Shown piece after piece: positions 1-9,797 of a stretch of 30,820 bases of DNA. Below the pieces are notes generated by a model, which worked only from the letters and a program-made list of their open reading frames with translations, was not told the origin of the DNA and made no database searches. The stretch comes from an uncultured Aquificales bacterium (GTDB lineage: Bacteria > Thermosulfidibacterota > Thermosulfidibacteria > Thermosulfidibacterales > Thermosulfidibacteraceae), in the NCBI GenBank assembly GCA_964411615.1, contig CAYPLO010000003.1, positions 1-30,820 of the forward strand, written 5' to 3'. The position numbers and the translations under genes are program-made. Position 1 is the stretch's first letter. Each line of letters opens with the position of its first letter.

Positions 1-458
1 TAGACCTTGCTGTGTCTTCCTTCAACCACCACAGGGATGGACACAAAGAGCATGGGGGTGTGCTGCTGGTGCTCCCCTGCACCTCTAACCTGCTGATGGG
101 TGTGTTCCGCCACCTTGGTGGCCAGTCTCAGGATGGCGGCAAGCTCCCTGGTGGATGACTTCACATCTCTAACTTCAATCTCCGGAAGCCTTTTCGCAGC
201 AACTTCCTTCTCCGCAACCTTGAGCCTCTTGACGAATCTGAGGGGGATGGGAACACCTTCCCCCGCTATCCTCACCAGTATAACATCCCCCTCCGAAGGA
301 AGGGGCTGGGTGGCCTCCCACCTTCCCTCGCCAACGAAATCGCCAAAGTCTATAAGCACCCTGTCTCCCTCAACGGCCATAACCCTACCCTTAACCAGAG
401 CCCCCACCCTTACAAGCTCACGGGCCCTGTCGGGTGTGAGAACGTTCCAGATTCTCAT
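1..458 (-). CDS. Partial (3' end outside window) hypothetical protein, possibly FliK-like flagellar hook-length control family
   Basis: Absent from ORF track because it is truncated. Manual translation from ATG 458 (GAGG ~8 nt upstream) is open to the window edge: [39 protein letters not shown]...[13 protein letters not shown]...[13 protein letters not shown]. The beta-rich N-terminus resembles that of FliK-like proteins (recall, unverified). Overlaps the bioD 3' end by 41 nt. Confidence 0.5.
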   Translation of the reverse strand, partial: MRIWNVLTPDRARELVRVGALVKGRVMAVEGDRVLIDFGDFVGEGRWEATQPLPSEGDVILVRIAGEGVPIPLRFVKRLKVAEKEVAAKRLPEIEVRDVKSSTRELAAILRLATKVAEHTHQQVRGAGEHQQHTPMLFVSIPVVVEGRHSKV

Positions 459-1104
459 ACACAAACCTCGCTATCTCCGTAAGCTCAGGCGGCTCCTCAC
501 CTCCCTTAGGAACCACAAAGACCCTGCAGTTTCCCATATCTCTGATAACATCCGGGTTGGTCCTCTCTGCATAATCGGTCCCCTCGTACCCGTTTACAAC
601 CACCCCCAGCACCCTTAGCCCGTAGCATCTGGCCACCCTCAGGGTAAGGAGGGTGTGGTTTATGGTCCCGAGCTTGCTCCTTGCCACAACAAGAAGGGGA
701 AGGTCACATAGGGCAGCGAGGTCTGCGTAGGTGAAGTTACCCTTTATCGGCACAAGCAGGCCCCCTGCCCCCTCAACCACAACCACGGGATACCTGCCGG
801 ACAGCTGGGCTATCCTCTCCCTTATACGGCAGATGTCTATCCTCTCTCCCTCCAGCTCCTCCGCCACGGCTGGAGCAAGGGGCTCTGAGAACCGGTAGAG
901 AACCACATCCTCATCCTCCAGCTCAAGTCCAGAGGCCCCCGCCAGCATCCTGCCATCCATGGGATACTCTGGGCATCCCGTCTCCACAGGCTTGAAGGGA
1001 CAGGCCTCTATCCCCATGGACCTGAAGGCCTTGAGCAGCCCGCATGCCACGTAGGTCTTTCCCACCCCGGTATCTGTGCCGGTAATCAGAAAGGCCCTTC
1101 CCAA
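418..1104 (-). CDS. bioD: Dethiobiotin synthase
   Basis: [12 protein letters not shown]-loop, FKPVETG, VEGAGG and LGTINHT motifs; TTG start after a GGGGG SD-like run. Confidence 0.95.
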   Translation of the reverse strand: MGRAFLITGTDTGVGKTYVACGLLKAFRSMGIEACPFKPVETGCPEYPMDGRMLAGASGLELEDEDVVLYRFSEPLAPAVAEELEGERIDICRIRERIAQLSGRYPVVVVEGAGGLLVPIKGNFTYADLAALCDLPLLVVARSKLGTINHTLLTLRVARCYGLRVLGVVVNGYEGTDYAERTNPDVIRDMGNCRVFVVPKGGEEPPELTEIARFVYENLERSHTRQGP

Positions 1105-1152
1105 GTCTCACCCCCTTGATATGTGGTCTCCTAACATAATACAAATGGCCAC

Positions 1153-1917
1153 ATGATTAGGGAAGGAGATTTCGTTCTTCTGGTATCGGAGGAGGGTAAG
1201 GAGTTTCTGGTCAGGGTTCACAGAGACGTCCAGTTCAGCACCCACAGAGGCGTTCTGGACCTCTCCCTCCTGCTCGGAAAAGAGTATGGGGTAAGGGTTA
1301 AGAGCAGCAAAGACCACACCTTCACCGCCCTTCGCCCTACCATCTACGACTTCCTCAAAAGGGTAAAGAGAAAGACCCAGATTATCTATCCCAAGGATAT
1401 AGGCTACATAATACTGAGGCTGGGGCTTGACTGTGGAAAGAGGGTGCTGGAGTGCGGAACAGGCTCAGGCTCCTTAGCCATGGCCTTCGCCTTCGCGGTG
1501 AGGCCCTTCGGGAAGGTTTACAGCTACGAGAGAAGGGAGGAGTTCTCAAAACTTGCAAAGGAGAATCTCAGGAAGGTGGGGCTGGACGAGTTCGTGGAAT
1601 TCAAAGTGAAGGATGCCAGGGAAGGCTTTGAAGAGAAGGATATGGATGCCGCCTTTATAGACGTGAAGGTGCCTGAAGAGCTTGTTGAGCATGTATGGAA
1701 GGCCCTGAAGCCCGGTGCCCCTGTGGGGTTTCTCCTCCCCACAACGAACCAGGTATCCTCCCTCTTAAGGGTGCTTGACACCTCCGGTTTTGTGGTGAGT
1801 GAGCTTGTGGAGATTCTTCTGAGGAAGTATAAGACCAATCCGGACAGACTGAGGCCAGACGACCTTATGAACGCCCACACCGGCTATCTGCTATTTGCAA
1901 GGAAGGTGATGCCATGA
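1153..1917 (+). CDS. trmI: tRNA (adenine-N1)-methyltransferase (m1A58)
   Basis: [23 protein letters not shown] motif, RLRP...AHTGYL, typical of the TrmI/GCD14 family. Confidence 0.93.
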   Translation: MIREGDFVLLVSEEGKEFLVRVHRDVQFSTHRGVLDLSLLLGKEYGVRVKSSKDHTFTALRPTIYDFLKRVKRKTQIIYPKDIGYIILRLGLDCGKRVLECGTGSGSLAMAFAFAVRPFGKVYSYERREEFSKLAKENLRKVGLDEFVEFKVKDAREGFEEKDMDAAFIDVKVPEELVEHVWKALKPGAPVGFLLPTTNQVSSLLRVLDTSGFVVSELVEILLRKYKTNPDRLRPDDLMNAHTGYLLFARKVMP

Positions 1918-2234
1918 GGGTGAGAATAAGGGATGCCGAGGGGACAACCTACATAACCTGCACCTTTGAGAAGGACAGGATTCCATATCAGGCCTCCATC
2001 ACCGTCTACTCATCCAGGGTCAACTGCGAGGTGGTCCCTCCCGGCTTTGCGGCCAAAGAGTTTGTGGATAGACTGAAAAGGGTTCTCGGAGAGCCCGTTG
2101 AAGGGCCCAGGGTGAGAAGCAGCCACTCTGACTGCGGAGAGGAGACGGGTAGCTTAGTGGTATCCTGGAAGATTGAAGGGGGTAGGGAGGAATGTCTGAA
2201 GAGAATCAGGTCCACATTGAGCTCGGCAGACTGA
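1914..2234 (+). CDS. Hypothetical protein, 106 aa
   Basis: ATGA overlap with the trmI stop, AGGTG SD, typical codon usage; no recognised family. Confidence 0.7.
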   Translation: MRVRIRDAEGTTYITCTFEKDRIPYQASITVYSSRVNCEVVPPGFAAKEFVDRLKRVLGEPVEGPRVRSSHSDCGEETGSLVVSWKIEGGREECLKRIRSTLSSAD

Positions 2235-3166
2235 GCCCCGTCCTTGAAGGCATAGAGATGTTCTACTACGGCGGAGGCCCTCTGAGCTCAAATGTCTACC
2301 TGCTGGATAAGGGCAGGGTTATGGTGGACACGGGTAACTGTGCAGAGCTGCTAATGGAGTACGAGAGCAGATACCCCGGGGCCAAGGTGGAGAAGGTGAT
2401 TATAACCCATGCCCATCCCGACCACATAACGGGGCTGTTTATGCTCCTCAGCAGGTTCAGTCCCCAAATATACATACACCAGGCGGAGCTTGATGCGGCG
2501 GTCTCCGGCAAAACCCTGAGGGACTTCTTTAAAGAGATAGGCAAGGAACATCTCTTAGTGCCCCTCAAGGGAAACGAGGATATAGAGGCGGGAGAGTTCA
2601 AGCTGAAGGTTCTCTACACCCCCGGCCACACACCGGGGAGCATATGCCTCTACATACCAGAAAGGGGGGTCCTCTTCTCCTCAGACACCCTCTTCCCCAT
2701 GGGGGAAGAATACTCCCTGCTTCCAGCCCCCGACCCACAGGGTGGCAGGCTTGAGGAGCTGGCCATGTCCGTGAGGTTCCTCATGAGGCTGAACGTGAGG
2801 GCCTTTCTCCCAGGCCATCTCATGCCTGTGGTTGGGGAGACCTTCAGCCACATGAGGAGAACCTACTTTGAGTTGCAGCTTCAGGTACAGGGAAGAGAGG
2901 ATATGGCATACATAAACACAGGGATAGTGCTTGCGGACCTGGGAAGGCTTGAAGAGGCCATTGAGTGCTTTGATAGGGTTCTTGAGAAGGACCCAAAGCA
3001 CCCCGGTGCCTGCTTCGTTAAGGGACTCGCCATGATGCAAAAGGCGAGGTTCAAAGAAGCCGTTGAGCTGTTTGACAGGGCCCTTGAGGTCTATCCAGAC
3101 TTCAAGGAGGCCAGGGAGGCGAGGGAGAGAGCCCTTATTGCCATGTCATCTCCACAGAATAGATGA
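2192..3166 (+). CDS. MBL-fold metallo-hydrolase (glyoxalase II-like) with C-terminal TPR repeats
   Basis: [22 protein letters not shown] metal ligands; C-terminal TPRs ([55 protein letters not shown]); GGGAGG SD. Confidence 0.85.
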   Translation: MSEENQVHIELGRLSPVLEGIEMFYYGGGPLSSNVYLLDKGRVMVDTGNCAELLMEYESRYPGAKVEKVIITHAHPDHITGLFMLLSRFSPQIYIHQAELDAAVSGKTLRDFFKEIGKEHLLVPLKGNEDIEAGEFKLKVLYTPGHTPGSICLYIPERGVLFSSDTLFPMGEEYSLLPAPDPQGGRLEELAMSVRFLMRLNVRAFLPGHLMPVVGETFSHMRRTYFELQLQVQGREDMAYINTGIVLADLGRLEEAIECFDRVLEKDPKHPGACFVKGLAMMQKARFKEAVELFDRALEVYPDFKEAREARERALIAMSSPQNR

Positions 3167-4301
3167 TAGGGCCGTCCCTCTTTATCAGCGTTCCTCCTCT
3201 GTTCTCTATAATCCATCCTGCTTCCTTCTTGCCCCCGTAAGGGCCCCTCAACGGGAGAAAGAGAAAGTCCGGGTTGTAGTGGCACATCCCGAAGTTGGCC
3301 TCTATCTTCTCCCTCTGCCTTTCTGTAATATCCCCAAAAACGTAGATAATGTGCCCGTATCTCGTGGAGACCGCCTCCTCCACAATGGCCTCAGGGTCCT
3401 CAACAGCCCTGACGGCCAGGAAGGGACCGAAGAGTTCTATGTCGGGCAGTGGGGCATCTGCCACCACCACGGTGGGAGGAACCCACTCCCCATCAATAAC
3501 CCCGCCCCTCACGTAATCTCCCCTGATAATCCTGAAGGCCCTCTCCAGCAACACCCTCGTCCTTCTGGCCTTTATGGGCCCATAATCGGTCTCCGGGTCC
3601 AGCGGGTCTCCAACCTTTATACCATCCACCAGCTCAAGGAGCCTGTCCATAAAGTCATCAAGATAAGGTGCGTACACGAGGACCTTCTTTATTGTGGTGC
3701 AGTACTGTCCTCCGTTGAGAAAGGCCCTCCTGGCCACAAACAGCGCCGCATCCTCAACAGACGCACCGGGCATCACCAGAGCAGGAGGCATGCCGCTTGG
3801 CCCTGCAAATATGAGCTTGTCAAACATGTGTGCCCTTGACTCAAACAGGGAGCCCACCTGCTCCCCTCCAGACACAAAGAATACCCTCACGCTCTGGTCC
3901 TTACAGCAGATTTCGCCGAAGGTTCTGTTGTCGCAGGTGGTGTTCACCTCAACAGGGGCCCCCGCCTTATCAACAGCCTCCCTGACCAGGTCTCTCACGT
4001 TTGGAGTGAGAGAAGAGAAGCTGACAACGGCCCTGTTCCCACCGATAAGGGCAGAGCCGGCTATCCTGGCAAACATCATGGTGGAGGCATCATATGGGAG
4101 GATGCCCGCCACCTTTCCATAAGGTCTTCTGCCCTCTATCCAGGGTAACTCCTCATCCATGGTTGCCAGATACTGACAGGTGAACTCAACCTCCTTCTCT
4201 CCAACCTTGCGTGCAACTCCTATATCCTCAGCAAAGGCCTTTACAAAGTCTTCCCTGAGATTTAGCATAAATTCAGCAAGGTGTTTTAGAATGTCAAGCA
4301 A
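3135..4301 (-). CDS. Aldehyde dehydrogenase family protein (short, atypical active site)
   Basis: FLNGGQYC catalytic Cys, [28 protein letters not shown]. Start taken at TTG 4301 after GGGGAG; the ORF track extends to 4343, so the start is uncertain. Confidence 0.85.
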   Translation of the reverse strand: MLDILKHLAEFMLNLREDFVKAFAEDIGVARKVGEKEVEFTCQYLATMDEELPWIEGRRPYGKVAGILPYDASTMMFARIAGSALIGGNRAVVSFSSLTPNVRDLVREAVDKAGAPVEVNTTCDNRTFGEICCKDQSVRVFFVSGGEQVGSLFESRAHMFDKLIFAGPSGMPPALVMPGASVEDAALFVARRAFLNGGQYCTTIKKVLVYAPYLDDFMDRLLELVDGIKVGDPLDPETDYGPIKARRTRVLLERAFRIIRGDYVRGGVIDGEWVPPTVVVADAPLPDIELFGPFLAVRAVEDPEAIVEEAVSTRYGHIIYVFGDITERQREKIEANFGMCHYNPDFLFLPLRGPYGGKKEAGWIIENRGGTLIKRDGPIIYSVEMTWQ

Positions 4302-4363
4302 ACTTTTCTCCCCATGATATTGCTTTTTGTTCTTACATAACATAAAAGGCGCAAAAGTTAAAT

Positions 4364-5350
4364 ATGCACCATCAGTTACACAGCATAAGGATACGCTACA
4401 TCAGGCTCCTGCTCATCTATTCAGCGGCGTTCCTGTTTATACTCGCCATCTACAATCTCCACAGGGGATTTTACTACCTCGGCTGGGCAGAGATGGTATT
4501 CATCTGCATACTTGCCCTGTCCATCAGGTTTCTGGAAACGCATTACGAGATTGTCTCAAGGGCCATCGTTTTTTGTCTGTTCATACTTGTTTTGCTCTCA
4601 TCAAAACTGCAGATAGAGAAGAGCGGATGGGGCATAGCCCTCTGGTATCCCATAGTGATTTTTGGAACATGCTTCTTGACCGACTACATGTGGGGCCTGG
4701 CCATGGCCCTGTACACCATAGCCGTGAACACCCTCTTCTTGATGAAAAGAGGTCTGTTAAACGACACAGAGCTCATCTTCTACTGGGTCCAGCTGGTGAT
4801 GACCACAATTCTCACATTCATCTTCTACTTTGCCTTTTCTGAGACCTGGAGAAGGTACGAAGAGGTTCTGAAATGCAAAGCGGAGAGGGACCAGCTAACC
4901 GGGGTTTATAACAGGTCCAAGATTCTGGAGCTCCTTGAACTTGAGTGCGAGAAGTCCAAAAGATACGGAATACCAGTTTGCGTACTGATGATAGACCTGG
5001 ACAACTTCAAAGAGATTAACGATACAATGGGGCATGTTCACGGTGATGAAGTGCTTAGGCAGGTTGCCAGAACGATAAGGGACAACATAAGGCGCATAGA
5101 CTACTGCGGTAGGTACGGAGGAGATGAGTTTATAGTGATAGCCCCAAATACAAACGCCGAAGGGGCATTGAAGCTGGCAGAAAGAATCAGGAAAAGGGTA
5201 GAAGAGCTGAACCTGGGGGTTACAGTAAGCATAGGAGTAGCCAGGTTCAACGAAGAGAAAAGCATAAAAGAGTTCATATCAAAAGTTGACGAAGCCCTTT
5301 ACACATCAAAACAGAAAGGGAAAAACACCGTCAGCCTTGTGGAGTGTTGA
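4364..5350 (+). CDS. Membrane-anchored diguanylate cyclase (GGDEF)
   Basis: About 5-6 hydrophobic N-terminal segments; [31 protein letters not shown] with RxxD I-site (RRID). Confidence 0.92.
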   Translation: MHHQLHSIRIRYIRLLLIYSAAFLFILAIYNLHRGFYYLGWAEMVFICILALSIRFLETHYEIVSRAIVFCLFILVLLSSKLQIEKSGWGIALWYPIVIFGTCFLTDYMWGLAMALYTIAVNTLFLMKRGLLNDTELIFYWVQLVMTTILTFIFYFAFSETWRRYEEVLKCKAERDQLTGVYNRSKILELLELECEKSKRYGIPVCVLMIDLDNFKEINDTMGHVHGDEVLRQVARTIRDNIRRIDYCGRYGGDEFIVIAPNTNAEGALKLAERIRKRVEELNLGVTVSIGVARFNEEKSIKEFISKVDEALYTSKQKGKNTVSLVEC

Positions 5351-6539
5351 TAACCTTGAGAACAACCTCATCCAGTATCTCGTCGGCAATCTCCTCCTTC
5401 TCCATCTCTGGAAGGTATTTCACCTCCCCATCTGAGGATATGATAACCACCCTGTTTGTCTCCTTACCGAAGGCCTCTGTGGCTTTGTTGGCCACTATCA
5501 TATCCATTCCCTTGCGCCTCATCTTCTCAAGGGCGTTCTGGTAAACATCTTCGGTCTCCGCCGCAAATCCCACCACGAACTGGTCAGGCCTCTTGCGTTT
5601 TATAACCTCCGAGATTATGTCAGGGGTCCTTTCAAGCTCAAGGCTATCAAGTTTCACACGCTCCTTCTTCAGCTTCTCCCTGTACATCCTCTTCGGTCTG
5701 TAGTCTGCCACAGCCGCAGCCATGATGAAGACCCGAACATCATCTGCAAGGGCCATCACCCGGTTGTACATATCCTCAGCAGAGGTTACTCTAAAGACCT
5801 CAACCCCGTAAGGAGGCTCAATCTCAACAGGGCCGGATACGAGCCTCACCCTTGCCCCCCTCCTTCTTGCCGCCTTAGCTATGGCGTAGCCCATCTTCCC
5901 GGAAGAGGGGTTGCTTATGAACCTAACCGGGTCTATGTGTTCCCTGGTGGGACCCGCTGTCACCAGCACATCCACAGACTCCATGTCCTTAACAGACAGC
6001 ATGTAGACTATCTCCTCGTATATAAGCTCTGCTTCAGGCAATCTCCCCTTACCCGTCTCCCCGCAGGCTAAGGAGCCCTCTGCAGGCTCCAGCACCCTGA
6101 CACCAAAGGAGCTCAGTCGCCGGAGGTTCTCCTCCGTGGCGGGATGGGAGAACATCCTGTGGTTCATGGCGGGACACACAAGCACCCTCTCCGGAGGGAA
6201 GGCCAGGAAGGTGCATGTGAGCATGTTGTCTGCGAGTCCATGGGCCATCTTGGCAAGGGTGTTGGCGGTGGCAGGGGCAACAACAAGCAGGTCAAAGTCG
6301 GCAGGCAGGCTCACGTGCTCAACCCTGTCGGGGGATGTGGTCTCAAACACATCCACCAGAACCTCCCTGCCCGAGAGAACCCTGAAGGTCTCCGGTGTGA
6401 CGAATCTGGTCGCATCCTCCGTCATGAGGACCTGAACGTCAAATCCCCCCTTCTTCAACAGCCTAACCAGCTCGCAGACTTTATACACGGATATGCCTCC
6501 GCTTACCCCCACAACCACCCTGTTTCCCCTAAGTCTCAC
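5331..6539 (-). CDS. coaBC: Bifunctional phosphopantothenoylcysteine decarboxylase / phosphopantothenate--cysteine ligase
   Basis: [61 protein letters not shown]. Start reassigned to GTG 6539 (GAGGTG SD). Confidence 0.95.
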   Translation of the reverse strand: MRLRGNRVVVGVSGGISVYKVCELVRLLKKGGFDVQVLMTEDATRFVTPETFRVLSGREVLVDVFETTSPDRVEHVSLPADFDLLVVAPATANTLAKMAHGLADNMLTCTFLAFPPERVLVCPAMNHRMFSHPATEENLRRLSSFGVRVLEPAEGSLACGETGKGRLPEAELIYEEIVYMLSVKDMESVDVLVTAGPTREHIDPVRFISNPSSGKMGYAIAKAARRRGARVRLVSGPVEIEPPYGVEVFRVTSAEDMYNRVMALADDVRVFIMAAAVADYRPKRMYREKLKKERVKLDSLELERTPDIISEVIKRKRPDQFVVGFAAETEDVYQNALEKMRRKGMDMIVANKATEAFGKETNRVVIISSDGEVKYLPEMEKEEIADEILDEVVLKVINTPQG

Positions 6540-7077
6540 AGCCCCACCTCTTGTAAAGGTTGTGCTCAACCCCAAGTATATCCAGCACCCTCCCCACAAT
6601 AAAGTTCACCATATCGTCAACGCTCCGAGGGTTATGGTAGAAGGTTAAGACGGGAGGAACTATATGGGCTCCAGCTCTCCAGAGCCTGAGCATGTTCTCC
6701 AGATGGACCCCGTTGAGGGGCGTCTCCCTGGGAACGAGCACCAAGGGCCATCTCTCCTTCAGAGCTATGTCGGCGGCCCTCTCAATGAGGTTTGAGGATA
6801 CCCCCGATGCTATCCTCCCCAGAGTGCCCATGGAGCAGGGGGCTATAACCGTTCCCGAAAGCCTGAAGGAGCCTGAGGCAACGGGACTGAAGAAGTCCTC
6901 CTCATCCACCAGAACGATTCTCTCCCCCTCGGGAAGGCTGAACCCCTCTAACCTGGCTATTGACAGGGCGTTGGATGACACGCAGAGATAGACTTCACGG
7001 GCACGGGATAGTTCCTGGGCCACACGAAAGCCTATAACAACTCCACTCGCACCGGTCACACCCACAAAGTAGGACAT
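6529..7077 (-). CDS. ubiX: Flavin prenyltransferase UbiX
   Basis: [40 protein letters not shown] motifs. Confidence 0.93.
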   Translation of the reverse strand: MSYFVGVTGASGVVIGFRVAQELSRAREVYLCVSSNALSIARLEGFSLPEGERIVLVDEEDFFSPVASGSFRLSGTVIAPCSMGTLGRIASGVSSNLIERAADIALKERWPLVLVPRETPLNGVHLENMLRLWRAGAHIVPPVLTFYHNPRSVDDMVNFIVGRVLDILGVEHNLYKRWGCET

Positions 7078-8315
7078 CAGTCCTCAAGGCTGTAGAAGGC
7101 AAGTCCGGAGTAGAACTTGGGGTAAAAGTATGTGCTCTTCTGAGGCATGACCTTACCGGAAAGGGAGTACTCCGCAATCTCCTCAACGCTGGGGGGGATG
7201 TAGGAGAAGAGCACATCGCCGGACCGTCCCAGAAATTCGAGGGCATCCTGTATATTCTTGAAGTACTCTATCTTCACCTTATCCCTGATGTCCTCCTCAG
7301 TCATACCCAGGGTACCGTGAAGAACCTCCCTGTGAAGCACCACCACATCCATATCCTCTGACTCATCCTCTATTCTGAACACGCATCCTCCAGAGGGGGT
7401 AAACCAGCAGAAGTGCCTCCTTCCAAACCTCTTCAGGGTATCGGTAACCCTCAGTATTCCAGAGTTATCCACCTCTTCCAGACACCCGTAGGTCCTTCTC
7501 AGGAGCCCCGCGGCATCGGGAACACCCAGGTTCTTCAGAACCCTGTGAATGGGAAGCACCAGCAGCCCTGGGTCCTTAGAGCTGACTATGGCCATCATAA
7601 CAAAGTTGTAGGGCTCCTCACCTGTGTGGTGCGGATTCTTCTTTCTCATCTCTTTCATGTAGTTTAGAGCCGTTTCGTACCTGTGGTGTCCATCGGCTAT
7701 GAGTATCTTCTTATCCTCCAAAAGCTCCTCTAAGGATTCGTTAAAGGACCTATCAACGGCGTAGAGGATATGCAGAACTCCTTCGGAATCCTCAAACCTG
7801 AAAAGCTCGGTCTTATCCACACCTGAAATGGCGGAAGAGAACCCACCATCGTCAAGGGCTATGCCAAAGACGGGGCTTAGATTCATTTTTGTGGCCCTGA
7901 AGAGCCTCAGCCTGTCCTCTTTGGGAGAGCTAAGGGTCTTCTCATGGGGTATTATTGAACCACCGTAGTCCTCAAGCCTCACCCTGCCCAGCAGGGCCGA
8001 CCTGACATAACCTGTGCCAGAATAGGTGAACCTCTGCTGGTATACAAAGAAAAGCTCGTTCTCAAGCCTCTTCAATATCCCTTTAGAAAGCCACTCCTGA
8101 AGGAAAAGGCGGGCGCGGGTGTACCTGTTGTTGGCCTCATCATCATCAGGATACACCCGCCCCAGTATAACCCTGACAACATTATAGGGGGACCTATCGT
8201 AAAGTTCGCCCTGAAGCTTCTCGTTTATAACATCGTAGGGCGGAGCCACCACCTCCCGTATGTCTACCTTTCCAGTGTCGTATACGATGGCCCTGAAGGG
8301 TCTCACCTGCGCCAT
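7077..8315 (-). CDS. DUF1015 family protein
   Basis: [45 protein letters not shown], characteristic of DUF1015. Confidence 0.9.
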   Translation of the reverse strand: MAQVRPFRAIVYDTGKVDIREVVAPPYDVINEKLQGELYDRSPYNVVRVILGRVYPDDDEANNRYTRARLFLQEWLSKGILKRLENELFFVYQQRFTYSGTGYVRSALLGRVRLEDYGGSIIPHEKTLSSPKEDRLRLFRATKMNLSPVFGIALDDGGFSSAISGVDKTELFRFEDSEGVLHILYAVDRSFNESLEELLEDKKILIADGHHRYETALNYMKEMRKKNPHHTGEEPYNFVMMAIVSSKDPGLLVLPIHRVLKNLGVPDAAGLLRRTYGCLEEVDNSGILRVTDTLKRFGRRHFCWFTPSGGCVFRIEDESEDMDVVVLHREVLHGTLGMTEEDIRDKVKIEYFKNIQDALEFLGRSGDVLFSYIPPSVEEIAEYSLSGKVMPQKSTYFYPKFYSGLAFYSLED

Positions 8316-8323
8316 GGTGCGGC

Positions 8324-8352
8324 TCTATAACACGACAGGCCCCCGTAGGCAA
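8324..8352 (-). promoter_or_regulatory. Candidate sigma70 promoter for DUF1015-ubiX-coaBC (near-leaderless)
   Basis: TTGCCT (8352-8347), 17 nt, TG-n-TATAGA (8329-8324); the ATG is only 8 nt past the -10 and there is no SD. Confidence 0.45.
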
Positions 8353-8358
8353 CAGGTG

Positions 8359-8577
8359 CTACTCCTCAGCTGTCTTTTCGGCCTTCTTCCTCCTCGGCTC
8401 AACTATCTTGAGCAACTCATCGGTGGACTTGTTCTTTAAAGACTCCGCTATGAGATACCTCAGCAGCTTACCCACCTTCTTAGGGTCTCCTCCACACACG
8501 GCGTTAATCAACCTGTAGTACCTTTTGTTCAACTTGATGGTTACCTCTTCAAACCTGGAACCCCTCTTCTCCTGCAT
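8359..8577 (-). CDS. Small basic hypothetical protein, possibly ribbon-helix-helix DNA-binding
   Basis: Strong AAGGGAGG SD; VTIKL strand-like segment followed by two helices; Lys/Arg-rich. Confidence 0.7.
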   Translation of the reverse strand: MQEKRGSRFEEVTIKLNKRYYRLINAVCGGDPKKVGKLLRYLIAESLKNKSTDELLKIVEPRRKKAEKTAEE

Positions 8578-8613
8578 CTCTTACCTCCCTTGAATTTTAT
8601 GTTTGTGCTCTTA

Positions 8614-8641
8614 ACTATACACATCCAAAATCAAAAATCAA
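8614..8641 (-). promoter_or_regulatory. Candidate sigma70 promoter for the 72-aa gene
   Basis: TTGATT (8641-8636), 16 nt, TATAGT (8619-8614) in an AT-rich gap. Confidence 0.4.
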
Positions 8642-9302
8642 CCTCTTTTATCACAACAGCCACCTGTCTCTCTTTGCTTCCGCGACACCTGTGAGAGAAG
8701 TAGTCACCAGAGCAGCAGGTGCAGACTCCAGTATCCTCTACTCTATCTATCCCCTCCATACTGAATTTATTTTTAACGAGTCCCACCATATCGAAGAAAA
8801 GTCCATCCTCCTCATCCCTGAGGAAATCCTCAGGGAAGATATTCATAAATTCCCGCCCCACCCTGTAACAACAACCCCTTATACAGGGGCCTATGAACAC
8901 CTTTAGTGCATTCCTGTTCAGCTCCAAATCGTCAACTATACGCAGGAGATTATCGAGAATGCCAGCGGCTAAGGACCTCCATCCACAGTGCAGTGCAAAG
9001 GAGTAACCGGACTGTTCATGATACGCTATAAGAGGCATACAGTCTGCGGTAAATACGGCAAGGGCAACGCCGGCCAGCTTAGTGAACATGCCGTCCCCAG
9101 GTCCCTGATAGCCCGGCCTCTTAACCTCCCTTATGGTGGCCCCATGGACCTGGGTAAGGTATGCCACATCCAGCCTGTTGAATCCCGCCGATTCCTTCAG
9201 GACGGACCATCCCTGCTCCCATCCATGGCCCGTCCTCCAGCTCATGTTGGAGGTCCCGTCTGTGAAGATAATGACGAAGCCTCCCTCCCTCTTCAGAATC
9301 AA
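8631..9302 (-). CDS. pgeF: PgeF/YfiH (purine nucleoside phosphorylase / polyphenol oxidase-like) family
   Basis: QVHG, TADC, LHCGW, IGPCI, CTCC...YFSHR motifs. Confidence 0.88.
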   Translation of the reverse strand: MILKREGGFVIIFTDGTSNMSWRTGHGWEQGWSVLKESAGFNRLDVAYLTQVHGATIREVKRPGYQGPGDGMFTKLAGVALAVFTADCMPLIAYHEQSGYSFALHCGWRSLAAGILDNLLRIVDDLELNRNALKVFIGPCIRGCCYRVGREFMNIFPEDFLRDEEDGLFFDMVGLVKNKFSMEGIDRVEDTGVCTCCSGDYFSHRCRGSKERQVAVVIKEVDF

Positions 9303-9303
9303 C

Positions 9304-9720
9304 TCACTCTCCCACTATGGTGAGGATTAACTTTCTGTTTCTCGGCCTGTTGTCGCACTCTATAAAGACTATCTGCTGCCATGTGCCCAAAACAGGTCTT
9401 CCCTCAGATATGGGAAAGCTGAAGGACGTTCCTAAAAGGGCTGACCTCACATGGGAGAAGCCGTTACCATCCCCCCATACACCATCGTGCTCGTAGGGAA
9501 TGTTTCTGGGAACCAGCCTCTCTATGGCCCTTATAAGGTCGTTAAGCACCCCTGGCTCGTATTCAATGGTGGTTATTGCACCTGTTGAACCGGGAAGCAT
9601 TACACAGCCTATACCCTCCTTAACCCCGGACCTTTCAACCTCATGGGCCACAAGGTCTGTGATGTCCACTATGTCGTTGCTTCCCCTGGTTGATATTCTT
9701 ATGTGCCTCTGAACAACCAT
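9304..9720 (-). CDS. yjbQ: YjbQ (UPF0047) family protein
   Basis: [22 protein letters not shown]...[17 protein letters not shown]. Start reassigned to ATG 9720 (AGGAGGG SD). Confidence 0.88.
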   Translation of the reverse strand: MVVQRHIRISTRGSNDIVDITDLVAHEVERSGVKEGIGCVMLPGSTGAITTIEYEPGVLNDLIRAIERLVPRNIPYEHDGVWGDGNGFSHVRSALLGTSFSFPISEGRPVLGTWQQIVFIECDNRPRNRKLILTIVGE

Positions 9721-9740
9721 GGCCTTTCCCTCCTGAGAGG

Positions 9741-9768
9741 TTGTATAGGACAACTTCAAAGTTATAAT
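9741..9768 (+). promoter_or_regulatory. Candidate sigma70 promoter for pyrC-carA
   Basis: TTGTAT (9741-9746), 16 nt, TATAAT (9763-9768) upstream of an AGGAGG SD. Confidence 0.55.
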
Positions 9769-9797
9769 GAAAGCGGACAAAAACCAAGGAGGTGCCC

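Noticed and set aside
100..618. 172-aa plus-strand ORF
   Set aside because: Ser/Thr/Leu-rich antisense shadow of the minus-strand gene 1-458 and bioD
3063..3839. 258-aa plus-strand ORF and other long alternative-frame ORFs (e.g. 10580-11398, 21820-22656, 26476-27177, 26930-27613)
   Set aside because: They lie antisense to well-supported genes, have no motifs or SD, and their composition is typical of shadow ORFs
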